A stretch of 64,000 bases of DNA from the human T2T-CHM13v2.0 reference genome, Homo sapiens, in contig CP086569.2 of the NCBI GenBank assembly GCA_009914755.4, forward strand, positions 3,200,001 through 3,264,000, in the 5' to 3' direction. Both the position numbers and the translations under genes were made by a program. A model generated the notes under the pieces. That model saw only the letters and a list, made by a program, of their open reading frames with translations, had not been told where the DNA came from and ran no database searches. Positions 30,600-45,780 of the stretch are shown here, one piece after another; positions within the stretch are counted from its first letter, which is position 1; each line of letters opens with the position of its first letter.

Positions 30600-33500
30600 G
30601 ATTATTGTAATATAAATTTTTCTTCAGAATTTAAAAAAACAAAATGCATAAAAATGTATAAGTCTATCTTAATGAATGCACAATATATAAAGATGTACTT
30701 TGTGATATTAATAATACATAGCAGTAGGGCAGAGAGATAAAGTAGAGTCTATATATGCAAATAAAGTTTAATTGATATCAATTTAAAATAGATTGTTGTG
30801 ACTTTAAGGTATGATATTCAATCCCTATAATAACCACAAGGAAAATATCTATGAAATATACACAAAAAGAAATAAGAAGAGAATTAAAACATGCTATAAC
30901 AAAAACTCAACTAAACAAGAGAAAGAAGAAGTAATGGAGGGAATGATGAATGCAAAAATTAATAAGCATGCAGAAAATGATAACGAGATTGCAATATAAG
31001 CCCCTACCTATAAGGATTTTTAAAAAATATAAATGGACTAAATCCCTCAATTGAAAGGCATAGATAAGTGGGTGAATTGTTTTAAAATAATCCAATTACA
31101 TTCTGTGTACAAGAGACTCATTATAGTGGAAAATAAAAAGATGGGAAATATATTCCATGCATATTAATAACCAAAGAAGTGTAGTAGTGGCTATACTAAT
31201 ATTAGAATAAAATAGTCTTTATGTAAAAAAACTGTTACGAGACAAAAAAAGAACATTATATGTTGATAGGAGGTTTAACTAACCAAGAATATATAACAAT
31301 TATAAACAAATATGCACCAAACATCAAAGCTCCGAAGTATGTAAAGCAAACATTCACAGAACTGAACAAATATATAGAAAATTCTACAATAATAGCTGGA
31401 GACATAAACAGGAGTATTTCATTTGATAACAGAAAGAGCACACAAAAAATTGGTAGAGACTAGGAAAGTTCATAGTACTACAGACCAAGTTGACATAATA
31501 GACATACAGAATGCTCCTCACATTGAGAACTGAATATACATTTTCTTCAAGTGATTATGGAACAATCTTCAGGAAATTTCATATTTTACACCCCGAAACA
31601 AGTTTCAATAAATTTTTAAAGACTAAAATTCAACAAATATCATATCTGAACTCAGTGGAATACAACCAGAAATCAAGAACGAAAGGAACAATGGAAAATT
31701 CACAAATATGTGAAAACTGAAAAAAAACACTCTTGACCAACCAATAGATCTAGGAAGTAACTATTAAAAATATTTTAAAAATCATGGGAGAAATGAAAAT
31801 TAAATACAACAAGCCAAAAGGTATGAGATGCAGCAAAAAAAGTAATAAGAAGACAATTTAGAACTATAAGCAATTATATTAAAAGGGAAGAAAAATCTCA
31901 AATCAAAAGTCTAATTTTATACCTTAAGAAACTAGGAAAAGAAAAGTTTAAACACAAATCTAGCAGAAGGATGAAAATAACAAAAATAAGACAGGAGACA
32001 AACAATACAGATAATTTAAAAATTGAGAAAATTGATAACATCATGAGATGATTTTTGTAAAAAGATAAACAAATTGAGAAGGCTTTAGCTTCATTGACTT
32101 AAGCAAAAAAAGATAATACTCAAATACCTAATTCAGGCATAATAGAGAAGACATGACTATTGACTTTATAGAAATAAACAGGATTGCCAGATGTTACTAT
32201 GTTATAAAAACCTATAGCTATTAAGAAGATTGAAACAGTAATTAAAAACTTTACAACAAAGAAAATCCCCAAACATTTGACTTCACTGGTAAATTCTATA
32301 ACACATTTGAAGAACTAACACCAGTTCTTCTTAATCTCTTTTAAAAATTTAAGAGTATAGAATATTTTCAAACTCATACTGTGAGGTCAGCATGGCCCTG
32401 ATAACAAAGACAAAGGCATTATCAAAACACTGTAAACCATTATCTCTGATGGATGTTGATAAAAAAAATCCTCAAAAATTACTCACAATGTAAAAGTGAT
32501 GGCATATTAAATGGATTATAAACCATGAACAGGTAGTATTAACTGCTAAAATCTAAGGATGCTCTACCATACTAAAATCAATTAATGTAACATGCCACAT
32601 TAACAGAATAAAGGGGAAAATAATATCAATCATCTTACTTGTTGCAGAACAAAATTTATTTCAACATCACTTGATTCAAAAAGTTAAAGCTAGGAAACAA
32701 AGAAAACTATTTCAACATAATAAAATTCATATATAAAAAACACAGTTAACATAATCAATGGTGAAAGACTAAAAGCTTTTCTTCTAAAATCAGGAAAAAG
32801 ACAAGGATGTCTCCTTTCATAATTTTTATTTTATTTTATTTTATTCAATTTTATTTTTATAGTATGGGAAGTCCTAGTTAAAAGAGTTAAGCAAAAATAA
32901 ATAAATAAGTAAAGTAGAAGTCTTCCAAATTGGAAAGGAAGCAGTAAAATTGTGTCTGTTTGCAAATGGCATTATCTTAAATGCAGAAAACTTGAAAGAT
33001 TCCACGAAAAATACCCCTAATAGAACAAATAAATGAATTCAGCAAATTGTAGGACACAAAATGAATATGCAAATATTACTTGTGTTTGTATACATTAACA
33101 ATGAACAATTCAAAAAGAAATTCATTTACAAGTTCAAAAAATAAAACATTTAGAAATCAACTTAACCAAAGAGGTGAACAATTGTACATTAAAAACTACT
33201 GGCTAGGCATGTTGGCTCATGCCTGTACTCTCAGCACTTTGGGAGGCTGAGACAGGAGGATTGCTTGATGACAGGAGGTTGAGACCAGCCTGGGCAATAG
33301 TAAGACTCCATCTCTACAAAACAGACAAACAAAAAACTACAAAATTTTGCTGAAAGAAATTAAACAAGACACCAATACATGGAAAGACATACCTTATTTA
33401 TAGGTTGAAAAACATATTTTCAAAATGAAAATACTATACAAAATTATCTACAAATTAAATACAAACCCTGTCAAAGTCCTAATGATGTTATTTTAGAAGT

Positions 33501-33650
33501 AGAAAAATCCACTCTACAATTTACATGAAATCTCAAAGGACTGCCTAGCCACAATATTGAAGAAGAAAAAGAAAATAGTTGGAGATCCCAGACTTCCTAA
33601 TTTCTCCAGATATTTAGGAATTTGAAGGATTCTTATCTTGGTCCTGTGGT
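30600..33650 (+). mobile_element. Old L1 (L1M-type) sense fragment spanning EN and RT, with an embedded FLAM
   Basis: ORF 31260-31463 ...NKYAPNIKAPKYVKQTFTELNKYIENSTIIAGDINRSISFDNRKSTQK matches EN NIYAPNTGAPRFIKQVLSDLQRDLDSHTLIMGDFNTPLSTLDRSTRQK. A-rich sense strand throughout, highly decayed. Confidence 0.7.
33201..33340 (+). mobile_element. Free Alu monomer (FLAM/FRAM-like) inside an old L1
   Basis: ggctaggcatgttggctcatgcctgtactctcagcactttgggaggctgagacaggaggattgcttga...gagaccagcctgggcaatagtaagactccatctctacaaaacagacaaac. About 130 bp, only one Alu arm. Confidence 0.7.
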
Positions 33651-34761
33651 TAAAAAAAATAAAAAAGCATTTTCAGGAGAGGAACCAAAGATATGGCCAA
33701 AGGACCATTTGTTAAGGATATTAGTGGGGATATAACAAAACTGCACATTATTCATTAGGACAACAGAATAATGAATTTAAAGGCACTTTGGAAATTACTC
33801 CTGCCATCCCTCCCACCACAGGCTCAGAAAGCCAAGACCTGGAAAATAAAATTATGTCAAGAGAGGCCTAGGGTGCCCTAAAGATTTTCTGGCTTGCTGC
33901 TTAGGGCCACCTCAAGTCTCTGCTTCCCGCATTCTAACAGGGCACTGCTGGTTTGCCAAGGGAGCCAAGGTGGCACTTGGACCACTGCTCCCCAGGGAAT
34001 GGATACTTAGCTTTGGTATTGTCCATGTGATCCTAGCTCTGCAGTGTCACAGACTGCTCAAGCTATAGAGCCATGGTGGTCTCCACCTAGGTATTAATGA
34101 ATGTATCAGATAACCTGTGGACCCAAACAGATACCTGCTGCAGGGGTAGTGTCACCAGAGAGTTACCATTAGGGCTATGCCTACAGGAGCTATAGAGTAG
34201 GATTACTTCCAAGGCCCCAGAACTGAAAGCAACCAGTGTGCAATGCTGGTCGGGAAGAGCTGTAGGCATGAAACATCAACCTGTAAGAACTGCTGCATGG
34301 GCTGAGCTCAGCATAGCTATAAGGGTGAGGGTGCCCAAGATGATGGGGGCTGAACCCTCACCCAAGTGTGCCCAGAAGGCAGGATATGGGGTCAAGAAAG
34401 ATTATTCTGGAGCCTTAATATTTGATGTTATTTGCACTGTTGGGTTTAAAACTTATTTGTGACCAGTTACCACCTTTTTTTCTTGTTTATTTCTCCCTTT
34501 TAGGATGGAAATGTCTATCATATGCCTGTCCCACCATTGCATTTTAGAAGTAGATAACTTGTTTGATTTCACAGGCTTACAAATGAAGGGAAATTTGGCT
34601 CAGGATAAACCATGTCTTCAGTCTCACCAATATCTGATTTAGATTCTACTCAAGACTGAACTTTGATCTACTGCTGGAAAGATTTAAGACATTTCTACTG
34701 AATAGAATAAATGCATTTTTTTATATGAGAAGGACATGAGTTTTGGAAATCAGGTGTAGAA

Positions 34762-35092
34762 TGCTATGGTTTGAATGGCTGTCCTCTCCAAATCTCATGT
34801 TGAAATTCTAATTGCTATTGTAAGAGCATTAAGATATGGAAACCTTAAAAGATGATTAAGCCATGATGATTTCACCCTCATGGGTGAGATTGTTGCTGAT
34901 ATAAGAAGGAGAGTTCAGCCCCCTCTTGTCCTCTTTCTCACCCTCTCACATTCCTTCATGTGATGACACAGCAAGAAGTCCCTCATAAGATCTTGGCACC
35001 TTGATATTAGACTTTCGAGCCTTCAGAAATGTGAGCCAATAAATTTCTCTTCATTACAAATTACCCAGTCTCAGATATTCCGTTATCACAGC
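34762..35092 (+). mobile_element. MaLR LTR (THE1/MST-like)
   Basis: tgctatggtttgaatggctgtcctctccaaatctcatgttgaaat ... agtccctcataagatcttggcaccttgatattagactt...cagaaatgtgagccaataaatttctcttcattacaaattacccagtctcagatattccgttatcacagc. The classic MaLR start and the ttataaattacccagtctcaggtat... end. Confidence 0.7.
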
Positions 35093-36049
35093 TCAAAACT
35101 GACTGAGACACCAGGATTTATGAGCTCAAGAAACAAGAGGTAGAAATGGGAGTGCCACCACTTCCACTAAAATCTCTATTTCCTCTCTAGAAAAATTTGC
35201 GCCTATGTTTCCTGTGACTTTATGCTTTTCTGTCCTAGAGTTTTTAGTTCCAGAGGGAGAAATGCTTCCAGCAGAAGACACAGTGCTTCTATCGAACTGC
35301 ACATTGACACTATCACCCAGCTCCAAGGGGCTCCTCATATGCTTCTGAAGTAACAGGCAAGCAAGGAAGGTTTGATGTTGACTGGCATAATCAATCTTGA
35401 CTGACAACAGAAAAGTGGACTATTATTCCACAGTGGAGGTACTGGAGAGTATGTTTGGAATATAGATTTCTTAAATTGTCTCTTGTTATTACCATGACCT
35501 GTAATTAAAGTCAGAAAACTGTAACAACCCAGTCCAGGCAGGACTCTGAATCGCCCAAAGATTTCAGGAATGAAGCCTTAGGTAACTCCATCAGAACAAT
35601 AATCAGCTGAGGTGCTTAGTGAAGGCAAAGTGAATACAGAATGGGTAAAAAAAGAAGGTAATTAGAAATATTAGCTGTGAACATGTAACCAGTTAGAAGA
35701 ACTATAAACGCCATGGGTATTTACTCCTTATTTTGTTATGAATATATTTGTTTGTGTATATACATATATTAAGCAAATATCATTGTTTTCTTTCCTTTCT
35801 TATTCCCTTATGTAACATATGATATATTGACTTTTTATCAGTAATTATTAATTTTGAATCATAGTATTAAGTTATAGGTTATCAGGAAAAGACTAAACAT
35901 AACTGAAGTGTTTTATATGTTCTTTTGGAGAAAGAATTAGTGTGTTTTCAGTTGTACACAGGATAGCTGTATCATGACAGGTAAAATTTTGACCTTGTTA
36001 TTGGTTTTATTTGGAGATTAAGTATGCTTTAAGAAGATGCAAGTAGGGG

Positions 36050-36600
36050 CCATTTTGACAAGGGATGGATTTATGATGGTTAATTTTATGTGTCAACTTG
36101 ACTGGGCTAAGGCACGTCTAGATAGCTGGTAAAACACTATTTCTGTAAGCGTGTTCCCAGAAGAGATCAGCACTCGTATTGGTGAATCAATTAAAGTAGA
36201 TGGCCTGGTTCAATGTATGTGGGCATCATCCAAGCAGATGAGGGCCTGAATAGAACAAAACAACAGACGAAATATAAATTCACTCTGCTTGAGCTGAGGC
36301 ATTCAACTTCTGCCCTCGGACATCAGTTCTCCTGCGTCTCAGGATTTCAGACTCAGACTAGGGTTTATACCATCCATGGGCCGCCTAATTCTCAAGCCTT
36401 TAAACCTGGACCGAATAATACCACTGACTTTCCTGGTTCTCCAGTTTGCAGATGGCAGATCATGGGAGTTCTAGCCCCCGCCTAACCATATGGGCCAATT
36501 GCTGTAATAAATCTCCTCTTATTTATCTGCATCCATATCTATATCTATATCTTACTGATTCTTTCTGAAGAACCCTGATATAGTTGTATAACTGTAAATT
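36050..36600 (+). mobile_element. MaLR-family LTR (MLT/MST-like), sense
   Basis: ggttaattttatgtgtcaacttgactgggctaagg...agctggtaaaacactatttctg...ggcatcatccaagcagatgagggcctgaatagaacaaa...ccaattgctgtaataaatctcctcttatttatctgcatccatatctatatc...gaagaaccctgatat. Matches a common mammalian LTR whose end resembles the MaLR ...ctaatacag terminus. Confidence 0.6.
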
Positions 36601-36799
36601 TACCAAAAATCACTAAATTTTACACACTTTAAATGGGCGAATTATATGGTATGTAATTGTAACTTGATAATGTTATTTTTTTAAAGTACCAATAGCCTAA
36701 TACACATAAAAAAGCTATTTACAGATATAAAAAAGGGAAAACCTCATTTATACTAGTAGCAGCAACAACAAAACATACAAATTAACATAAAAATGTTTA

Positions 36800-37838
36800 A
36801 AGCATTTAAAAAGAAAATCTCAAAACCTTTCTAAAGACACAAAAATAATCAGAAACAGGAGGCAAGAGCAAAATGGTCAGCTAGATGCAGCCAAGTGAAA
36901 CAGCTCCCACTAGGACTAAGATGACTAACGTGCTTCTAACAGATATTCAGAGAAGGCACTGAGATTGGATGAAGGGAATACACAGAAGTTGGGATGAAGA
37001 GGGAGAAACCTGGGACTTTAAACCAAAAAAGAGTAAAAAAGACAAAAAAGGCATTGCATAATGGTAAGGGTTCAATTCAACAAGAAGTTTGAACTATCCT
37101 AAATATATATGCACGCAATGCAGATGCAGCCAGATTCATAAAACAAATTCTTAGAGACCTTCAAAGAGAGACTGTTACACAATAATAGTGGGAGACTTTA
37201 ACACCCCACTGACAATACTAGAACATCAAGACAGAAAATTAACAAAGATGTTCAAAACTTGGACTCAGCACTGGATCAAATAGACCTGATAGACATCTAC
37301 AGAACTATCCACTGAAAAACATTAGAATACACATTCTTCTCATCACCACATAACACATACTCTAAAATCAATCACATAATCAGGATTAAAACACTCCTCA
37401 GCAAATGCAAAATAACTGAAATCATAACAAACTTTTGGACCACAGCACAATCAAATTAGAAATCAAGATTAAGAAATTTACTCAAAACCAAACAATTACA
37501 TGGAAATTGAATGACCTGCTCCTGAAGGACTTTTGGGTGAATAATGAAATAAAGGTTGAAATCAAGTTCTTTGAAACTAATGAAAACAAAGATACAACAT
37601 ACCAGAATCTCTGGGACACAGCTAAGGCAGTGTTAAGAGGAAAATTTATAGCACTAAATGCCCTTACCAAAAAGTTAGAAAAATCTCAATTTACCAACCT
37701 AACATCACAACTAAAAGAACTAAAGAACCAAGAGCAAACCATTCTTAAAGCTAGCAGAAGACAAGAAATAACCAAAATCAGAGCTGAACTGATGGAGATT
37801 GAGACATGAAAAACCATTTTAAAAAATGAATCCAAGAG

Positions 37839-37900
<62 letters not shown>

Positions 37901-40900
37901 TACAGTAGACTACTAGCTGGACTAATAAAGAACAAAATATAGATGATTCAAAGAAACAGAAACAACAGGGGGGATATTACCACTGACAACAAAGAAAGGC
38001 AAATAAACATCCGAGAACGTTATGAATACCTTTATGCACATAAGCTAGAAAATCTAGAAGAAATGGGTAATTTCCTAGACATACAACCTCCCAAGACAGA
38101 ACCAGCAAAACATTGAATCCCTGAACAGACCAAAAATGATCTCTGAAATTGAGTCAGTAATAAGTAGGCTATCTGCCAAAAAAGCCTAGGACCAGTTAGA
38201 TTCATAGCTGAATTATATCAGATGTACAAACAAGAGTTGGTACCATTCCTAGTGAAAATACTCCAAAAAAATTGAAGGGGAGAGACTCCTACCTAACTCA
38301 TTCTTTGAGGCTATGAGGTCAAGATCACCCTGATATCAAAACCTGGCAGAGAGACAATAAAAAAAGAAAACTTTAGGTTAATATTCCTGAGAAACATTGA
38401 CACAAAAACACACAACGAAATACTGGCAAACTGAATCCATAAGTGCATCATAAAGTTTAGCAACCACAATAAAGCAGGATTTATCTCTGAGATGCAAGGT
38501 TGGTTCAACATGTGCAAATCATTAAGTGTGATTCATACATAAACCTCAGTACAGACTAAAACAACATAATGATCTCAATAGATGCAGAAAATGGTTTCTG
38601 TAAAATTCAATATTGCTTCATGTTAAAAACTCAATAACCCGGGTAGTGAAGGAACATACCTCAAAATAATAATAGCCACCTGTGACAACCCCACAGCCAA
38701 TATCATACTGAATGGGCAAAAGCTGGAATCATTCCTATTGAAAATCTGAACAAGACAAGGATGCCCTCTCTCACCACTCTTATTTAAGATAGTATTGGAA
38801 GTCCTGGCCAGGACAATCAGGCAAGAGAAGGAAATACAGTGCATCCAAATAGGAAGAGAGGAAGTCAAACTACCCATTTGCAGACAACATGATCCGATAT
38901 CTACAAAACCGCAGTCTTAGCCCAAAAGCTTCTTAAGCTGATAAACAACTTCAGCAAATTCTCACGATACAAAATCAGTGTGCAAAAATCAGAAACATTC
39001 CTATACACCAACAACAGTCAAGCCAAGAGCCAAATCAGGAACATCTTCCCGTTCACAGTTGCCACACACGATAAATAAAATATCAATGAACATAGCTAAC
39101 AATGGAGGTGAATGGAGGTGAAGGACTCTACAAGAACAACAAAAGACTGCTCAAAGAAATCAGAGATGACACAAACAAATGGATAAACATTCCATGCTCA
39201 TGGATAGGAAGAATCAATGTTGTTAAAGTGACTAAACTGCCCAAAGCATTTTCTGGATTTAATGCTACTCCCAATAAACTACCATTGATATTCTTCATAG
39301 AAATAGAAAAAACTATTTTAAAATTCATCTGGGACAGAAAAAGAGCCCAAATAGCCAAGGCAAACATAAGCAAAAGAACAAAGCCAGAGGCACCATGATA
39401 CCGAACTTCAAACTGCAGTACAAGGCTGTAGTTTGGTTACAAGGCTACAGTAACCAAAACAGCATGGAACTAGTACAGAAACAGACACATAGACCAATGG
39501 AACAAAATAGAGAACCCAAAAGTAAAGCCACACACCTAAAACCATCTGATCTTTGACAAATCTGACAAAAATAAGCAATGGGGAAATGATTCTCTCCTCA
39601 GTAAATGGTGCTGGGATAACTGACTAGTCATATGCAGAAGATAGAAACTGGACCTCTTCCTCACACCATATCCAAAAATTAACTCACGATGGATTAAAGA
39701 CTTAAATGTATAACCCAAAACTATAAAAAAACTTGGAAGACAACCTAGACCATACTGTTCTGGACATAGAAATGGGCAAGTATTTCGTGATAAAGACACC
39801 AAAAGAAATTGCAATGAAAGCAAAAATTGACAAATGAGATTCAATTAAACTAAAGAGCCTTCTGCATGGCAAAAGAAGCTATCAAAAGAGTGAACAGAAA
39901 ACCCACAGAATGGGAGACAATGTTTGGAAACTATGCATCCAACAAAGGTCTAATATCCAGCATCAATAATGAACTTAAACAAATCAAAAAGTAAAAAAAC
40001 AACCCCATTAAAAAGTGGGCAAAGGACATGAACAGCCACTTTTCGAAAGAAGACATACATGTGGCCAACAATCATATATAAAAAAGCTCAACATCACTGA
40101 TCATTATACAAACATAAATCAAAACCACAATGAGATACCATCTTATACCAGTAAGAATGGCTGTTATTAAAAAGTCAAAAATTGAAAGATGTTAGCAAAA
40201 TTGTGGAGAAAAACGAAGGCTTATACACTGTTGATGGGGCTGTAAATTATGTCAACCATTGTGGGAGAGTGTGACAAGTCCTCAAAAACCTAAAAACACA
40301 AACATCATTTGGCCCAGCAATCCCATTACTGGGTATATAGCGAAAATAATATAAATCATGCTATTATAAAGACACATGCATGCATACATTCATTGCAACA
40401 CTATTCACAATAGCAAATACATAAAATCAACCTCAATGCCCATCAATGGTAGACTATATAAAGAAAATGTGGTACATGTACACCATGAAATACTATGCAG
40501 CCATAAAAAGGAATAAAATCTTCTTATTTGCAGGAACATGGGTGAAATTGGAGGCCATTTTCCTTAGAAAACTAACACAGGAACAGAAAACCAAATACCA
40601 CATGCTCTCACTTACAAGTGAGAGCTAAATAATGGTAACACATGGACACATAGAGGGAAACAGCACATGTTGAGTTCTATCAAAGGGTGGAGGGTGGGAG
40701 GAAGGAGAGGATCAGGAAAAATAACTAATGGGTACTAGGCTTAATACCTGGGTAACAAAATAATTTGTACAACAAACCCCCATGTTTTTGTACTACACAT
40801 AATGGAAAATGAACAGGAAGGTGTATGGCCAGTGTAAAAATTAATAGCTAGAGCTTTGCATGGAGCCTCTAGCCCCACTAGATATTTAAACATAAACAAC

Positions 40901-40960
40901 GTCTCTATAGTAATGCAATAACATACTGGCACACTAATACACAGGCAGAAATGAATTAAT
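36800..40960 (+). mobile_element. L1 (L1PB/L1PA-old type), sense, about 4.1 kb: ORF1 3' end, ORF2 (EN, RT, C-terminus) and 3'UTR; (TA)n microsatellite inside
   Basis: ORF 37435-37809 ..[97 protein letters not shown] is nearly colinear with L1 ORF2p residues about 290-420. ORF 39102-39398 ..[32 protein letters not shown]...[23 protein letters not shown] 40446-40628 ..IKKMWYMYTMKYYAAIKRNKI..FAGTWVKLEAIFLRKLTQEQKTKYHMLSLTSE is the ORF2p C-terminus. The tail follows to about 40960. Confidence 0.85.
37842..37905. repeat. (TA)25(CA)5 compound microsatellite inside the L1
   Basis: gatatatatatatatata...tacacacacacatacag read directly. Confidence 0.95.
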
Positions 40961-42004
40961 AAAGAATTACAAAAGTAGACCCAAGTATATAGTTATATTT
41001 ATAATATAATGTTGGCATTTTATATCACCAGAGCTAAAAGGGACATATAAATTACATTGAGATAATTGGATAGTCATTTTGAGAAAAAAACAATGTCTAT
41101 ATCTCATACCACACAACAATCAAGTACAAATTATTTGGAGATATAAATTTAGCAGAAAATAACCAAATAAAGAAAGATACCGTGTACAAATTAGAAGAAA
41201 GGATGAGTAAAATCTTATAATCTTTGATGTGCAAAAATCTTTCTAACTATAACTCAAAACCTATGTTTTGAGTGATAAACTTTACTATGTATTAATACAT
41301 TTATTTAAGGCTAAAATCATAGTAAACAAATTTTGAATTTTTCACCAAAAAATAATAACTTAAAAGCAAATCTATATTCCAGGTTAACTATTTTCATATT
41401 GGAGAAAATAACAAAATAAAATACAAAATAGGAAAGTATAAAATAAGATAATCCAAAATGTAAAGAAAATACCAAATACATGATATAAAGCTATATAAAT
41501 GAATTCATAAGGGAAATATCTGTGATAGCTACTTTGAGATACCATTCTATACCTCTCAAAAATTGCCAATATTCAAAACATTGGTAACATGTTTAGTTGG
41601 TAAGAATGTCGGGAAAGCAGCACAATCATATAGAGCCATTGGAAACACAATATTATACAATCACTGTAGAAAGAGATTTGATAAATTCTAATAAAACTAT
41701 ACTATAGCATTATATTAATAAACTATACTGTATCTCAATTCTAGGAATTTATCCTTAAGTTCTCTCCATGCATATGCACAACTTTGTTCATTGTATCAAC
41801 AGTTGTAATTTTTAAATAACAAGAACAATCTATATGGCAAAATATGGAAAATAGTTTGAACGAATTATGTTACATAAACCATACACCCCAGGAAGAACTA
41901 TAGCAACCTGATAGAGAAAGTGAGGACAATCTCTATAACCAATATGGAGTTATTTCCAAGATTGCAGTTAAATGAAAAAAAGCACAAAGAAATATACAAA
42001 TTAA

Positions 42005-42155
42005 GGTTTGTGTGTGTACATATATATATATATCATATATATACATATATGGTATATATATATGGTATATATACCTATATATACACACCTATATATGGGT
42101 ATATATACCTATATATATATATACCTTATATATATATATATATATACCTATATAA
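42005..42155. repeat. Complex AT-rich microsatellite / minisatellite (TATA, TATATGG, TATACC units), about 150 bp
   Basis: gtgtgtgtgtacatatatatatatatcatatatatacatatatggtatatatatatggtatatatacctatatatacacacctatatatgggtatatatacctatatatatatataccttatatatatatatatatatacctatata. Confidence 0.9.
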
Positions 42156-42699
42156 TTTAAAAACATTACAAAGTTATATCTGCTTTTTAAAGAAGAAAAA
42201 CAAAGAATAAGGCAAGAACAAATCAAATTATTTACCTATAGGCTATAAAGGAGCACCGGGTACAATGTGTAGCTTCTGAGTGTAGCTTTATGCATAGTTT
42301 TGTGTTTTGAAGCTATGTTAAGGTTTCACATTTTAAAAAATGAAATAAAATAAAGATGGGTGAAAATACTAAATTTTAGGGGAAAAACCCACAAGTGACC
42401 CTAGATGTCTTTCTTCAATGACATGATTGTCTATTTAGAAAACTCCAAAGACATGATTTTTAAAAATTGAGGCAGGGAACTTAATACAGGATTATGGCAA
42501 GTTTGTAGAATACAAGGTTAGTTAAAAAATCAATAGCATTTTTTATGCCAGAAATCTACAAATGAAATGTGAAATTAAAAACAAAATGCCATTTATGTTA
42601 TAACCAAAAATATTAAATGAATAAGTATAAATCTAACAAAATATATACAGGATTTATATGAAGAAAACTACAAAACTCTGTTGAAAGAAATTAAATAAG

Positions 42700-44340
42700 A
42701 AATAAAAAGAGTGAGAATCCATGTTCATCAATAGGAAGACTCAATATTGTTAAGATGCCAATTTCTCCAACATAATTCTAATACAATACCAATCACAATC
42801 TCAGAAAGCTGTTTTGTTGACATCAACAAATTAATTCTAAAGTTTATATGGAAAGGCAAAAGTGCCAGAATAGACAGCAAAAGAATGAAAAAGAAAAAAA
42901 AATCAGAGAACTGATACTACACTACTTTAAGAAATATTATAATGATAAGAAACAAAGACAGTGTGGTATTGATTTAAAAAGTGAACAAATTGATCAATGA
43001 AACAGTATAGAAAGCCCAGAAATATACCTGAAAAACTATGGTCAACTGATCTTGGACAGTAAAAAGCAAAGACAATCCAATGGAGAAAGGATAACTTTTT
43101 CTACAAATGGTGTTGGAACAAGTAGACATTATATGCCAAAAAAATGTCTAGACACAGTCCTTAGACCTTTCACACATACACATGCACACACACCACTAAA
43201 TGGATTATAGACCTAAATATGAAATAGAAAACTATAAAATGTTGTTTCAAAAATCATAAGAGAAACTCTAGGTAACCTTGTGTTTTGTGGTTACGATGAC
43301 TTTTTAGATACAACACCAAAAGTACTATCCATGGAAGAAAAAATTAAGTTGCACATCATTACAACAAAAAACTTCTACTCTGTGAAAGATACTGTTAAAA
43401 GAATGAAAAGACAAGTCTATAGACATTTTAAAAATATTTGCAAAGCACTTATGTGATTAAAAATAAAACATATTCGAATTATACAAAGAACTCTTAAAAA
43501 TCAATAATAAAAAAACAAACAACCCAATTAAAAATAGGCAAAACATTCGAATAGATGCCTCATCAAAAAATATAGAGATGGCAAATAATCATATGAAAAG
43601 ATGTGCAGTTTCATATGTCATTAGGGAATAATAAAATAAACAATAATGAACTACTCTTAAATACCTATTAAGATAGCTAAAATCCAAAAGACTGACAATA
43701 CCAAATGCTAGTCAGAATGGGGAGTAACATGAACTTTCATTTTTTGCTGATAGCAATGCATAATGTTGTAGGCACTTTGAAAGACAATTTGCCGGTATGT
43801 TACAAAGATAAAAATTGTCTCATTATATGGTCCAGCAATTGCACACCTACGTATTTATCCAATTAAAATTTATGTCAACAGAAAAATCTGCATATAAAAT
43901 CTTATAGCAGCTTTAAGTGTAATTGCCCTAAAACAGAAGTAACCAAGATAAATGGATGAACAATCATACATTCATACAACAGAATATTATTTAGTGATAA
44001 AAAGAAATGAGCAAGCAAGCCATGAAAAGATATAGAAAAACCTTGAATGCATATTGTAGTGGAATATGAATAGGTAAAGCACAGAGGATTTTCAAGGCAG
44101 TGAAAGTGTTGTCTATGGCACTGTATTGCTAGATACATGGCATTATTCATTTACAAAACCCAAAACCCAGAGAACTATACAACGCAAAATGTGAGCCTTA
44201 ACGTAAACTCTGGGCTTTAGTTAATATTAATGCATCAATATTACTTCATAACTTGTTGAAAATGTGCCACATTCATGCAAAGTGTTTATAATAGGGGGAA
44301 ATGTGGATCTGGGGGTAGGGTATGAAGGAACTCTGAAGTA
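42700..44340 (+). mobile_element. Old L1M 3' portion (ORF2 C-terminal region and 3' end), sense
   Basis: A-rich sense sequence with L1M 3' motifs (ccatgttcatcaataggaagactcaatattgttaagatgcc...; ...ccagcaattgcacacctacgtatttatccaattaaaatttatgtcaacagaaaaatctgc...). Confidence 0.65.
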
Positions 44341-44469
44341 GCTGCTAATGTTTTTAATTTAAAACTTTTCTAAAAAATAAAGTCTTTAAGAAATACAATA
44401 TGTTGAGTCTAATAAAATATTTTGAAACCACCTGTCCAGCAAATGCTAGTATTAGGATATACTTTTTTT

Positions 44470-45780
<1,311 letters not shown>

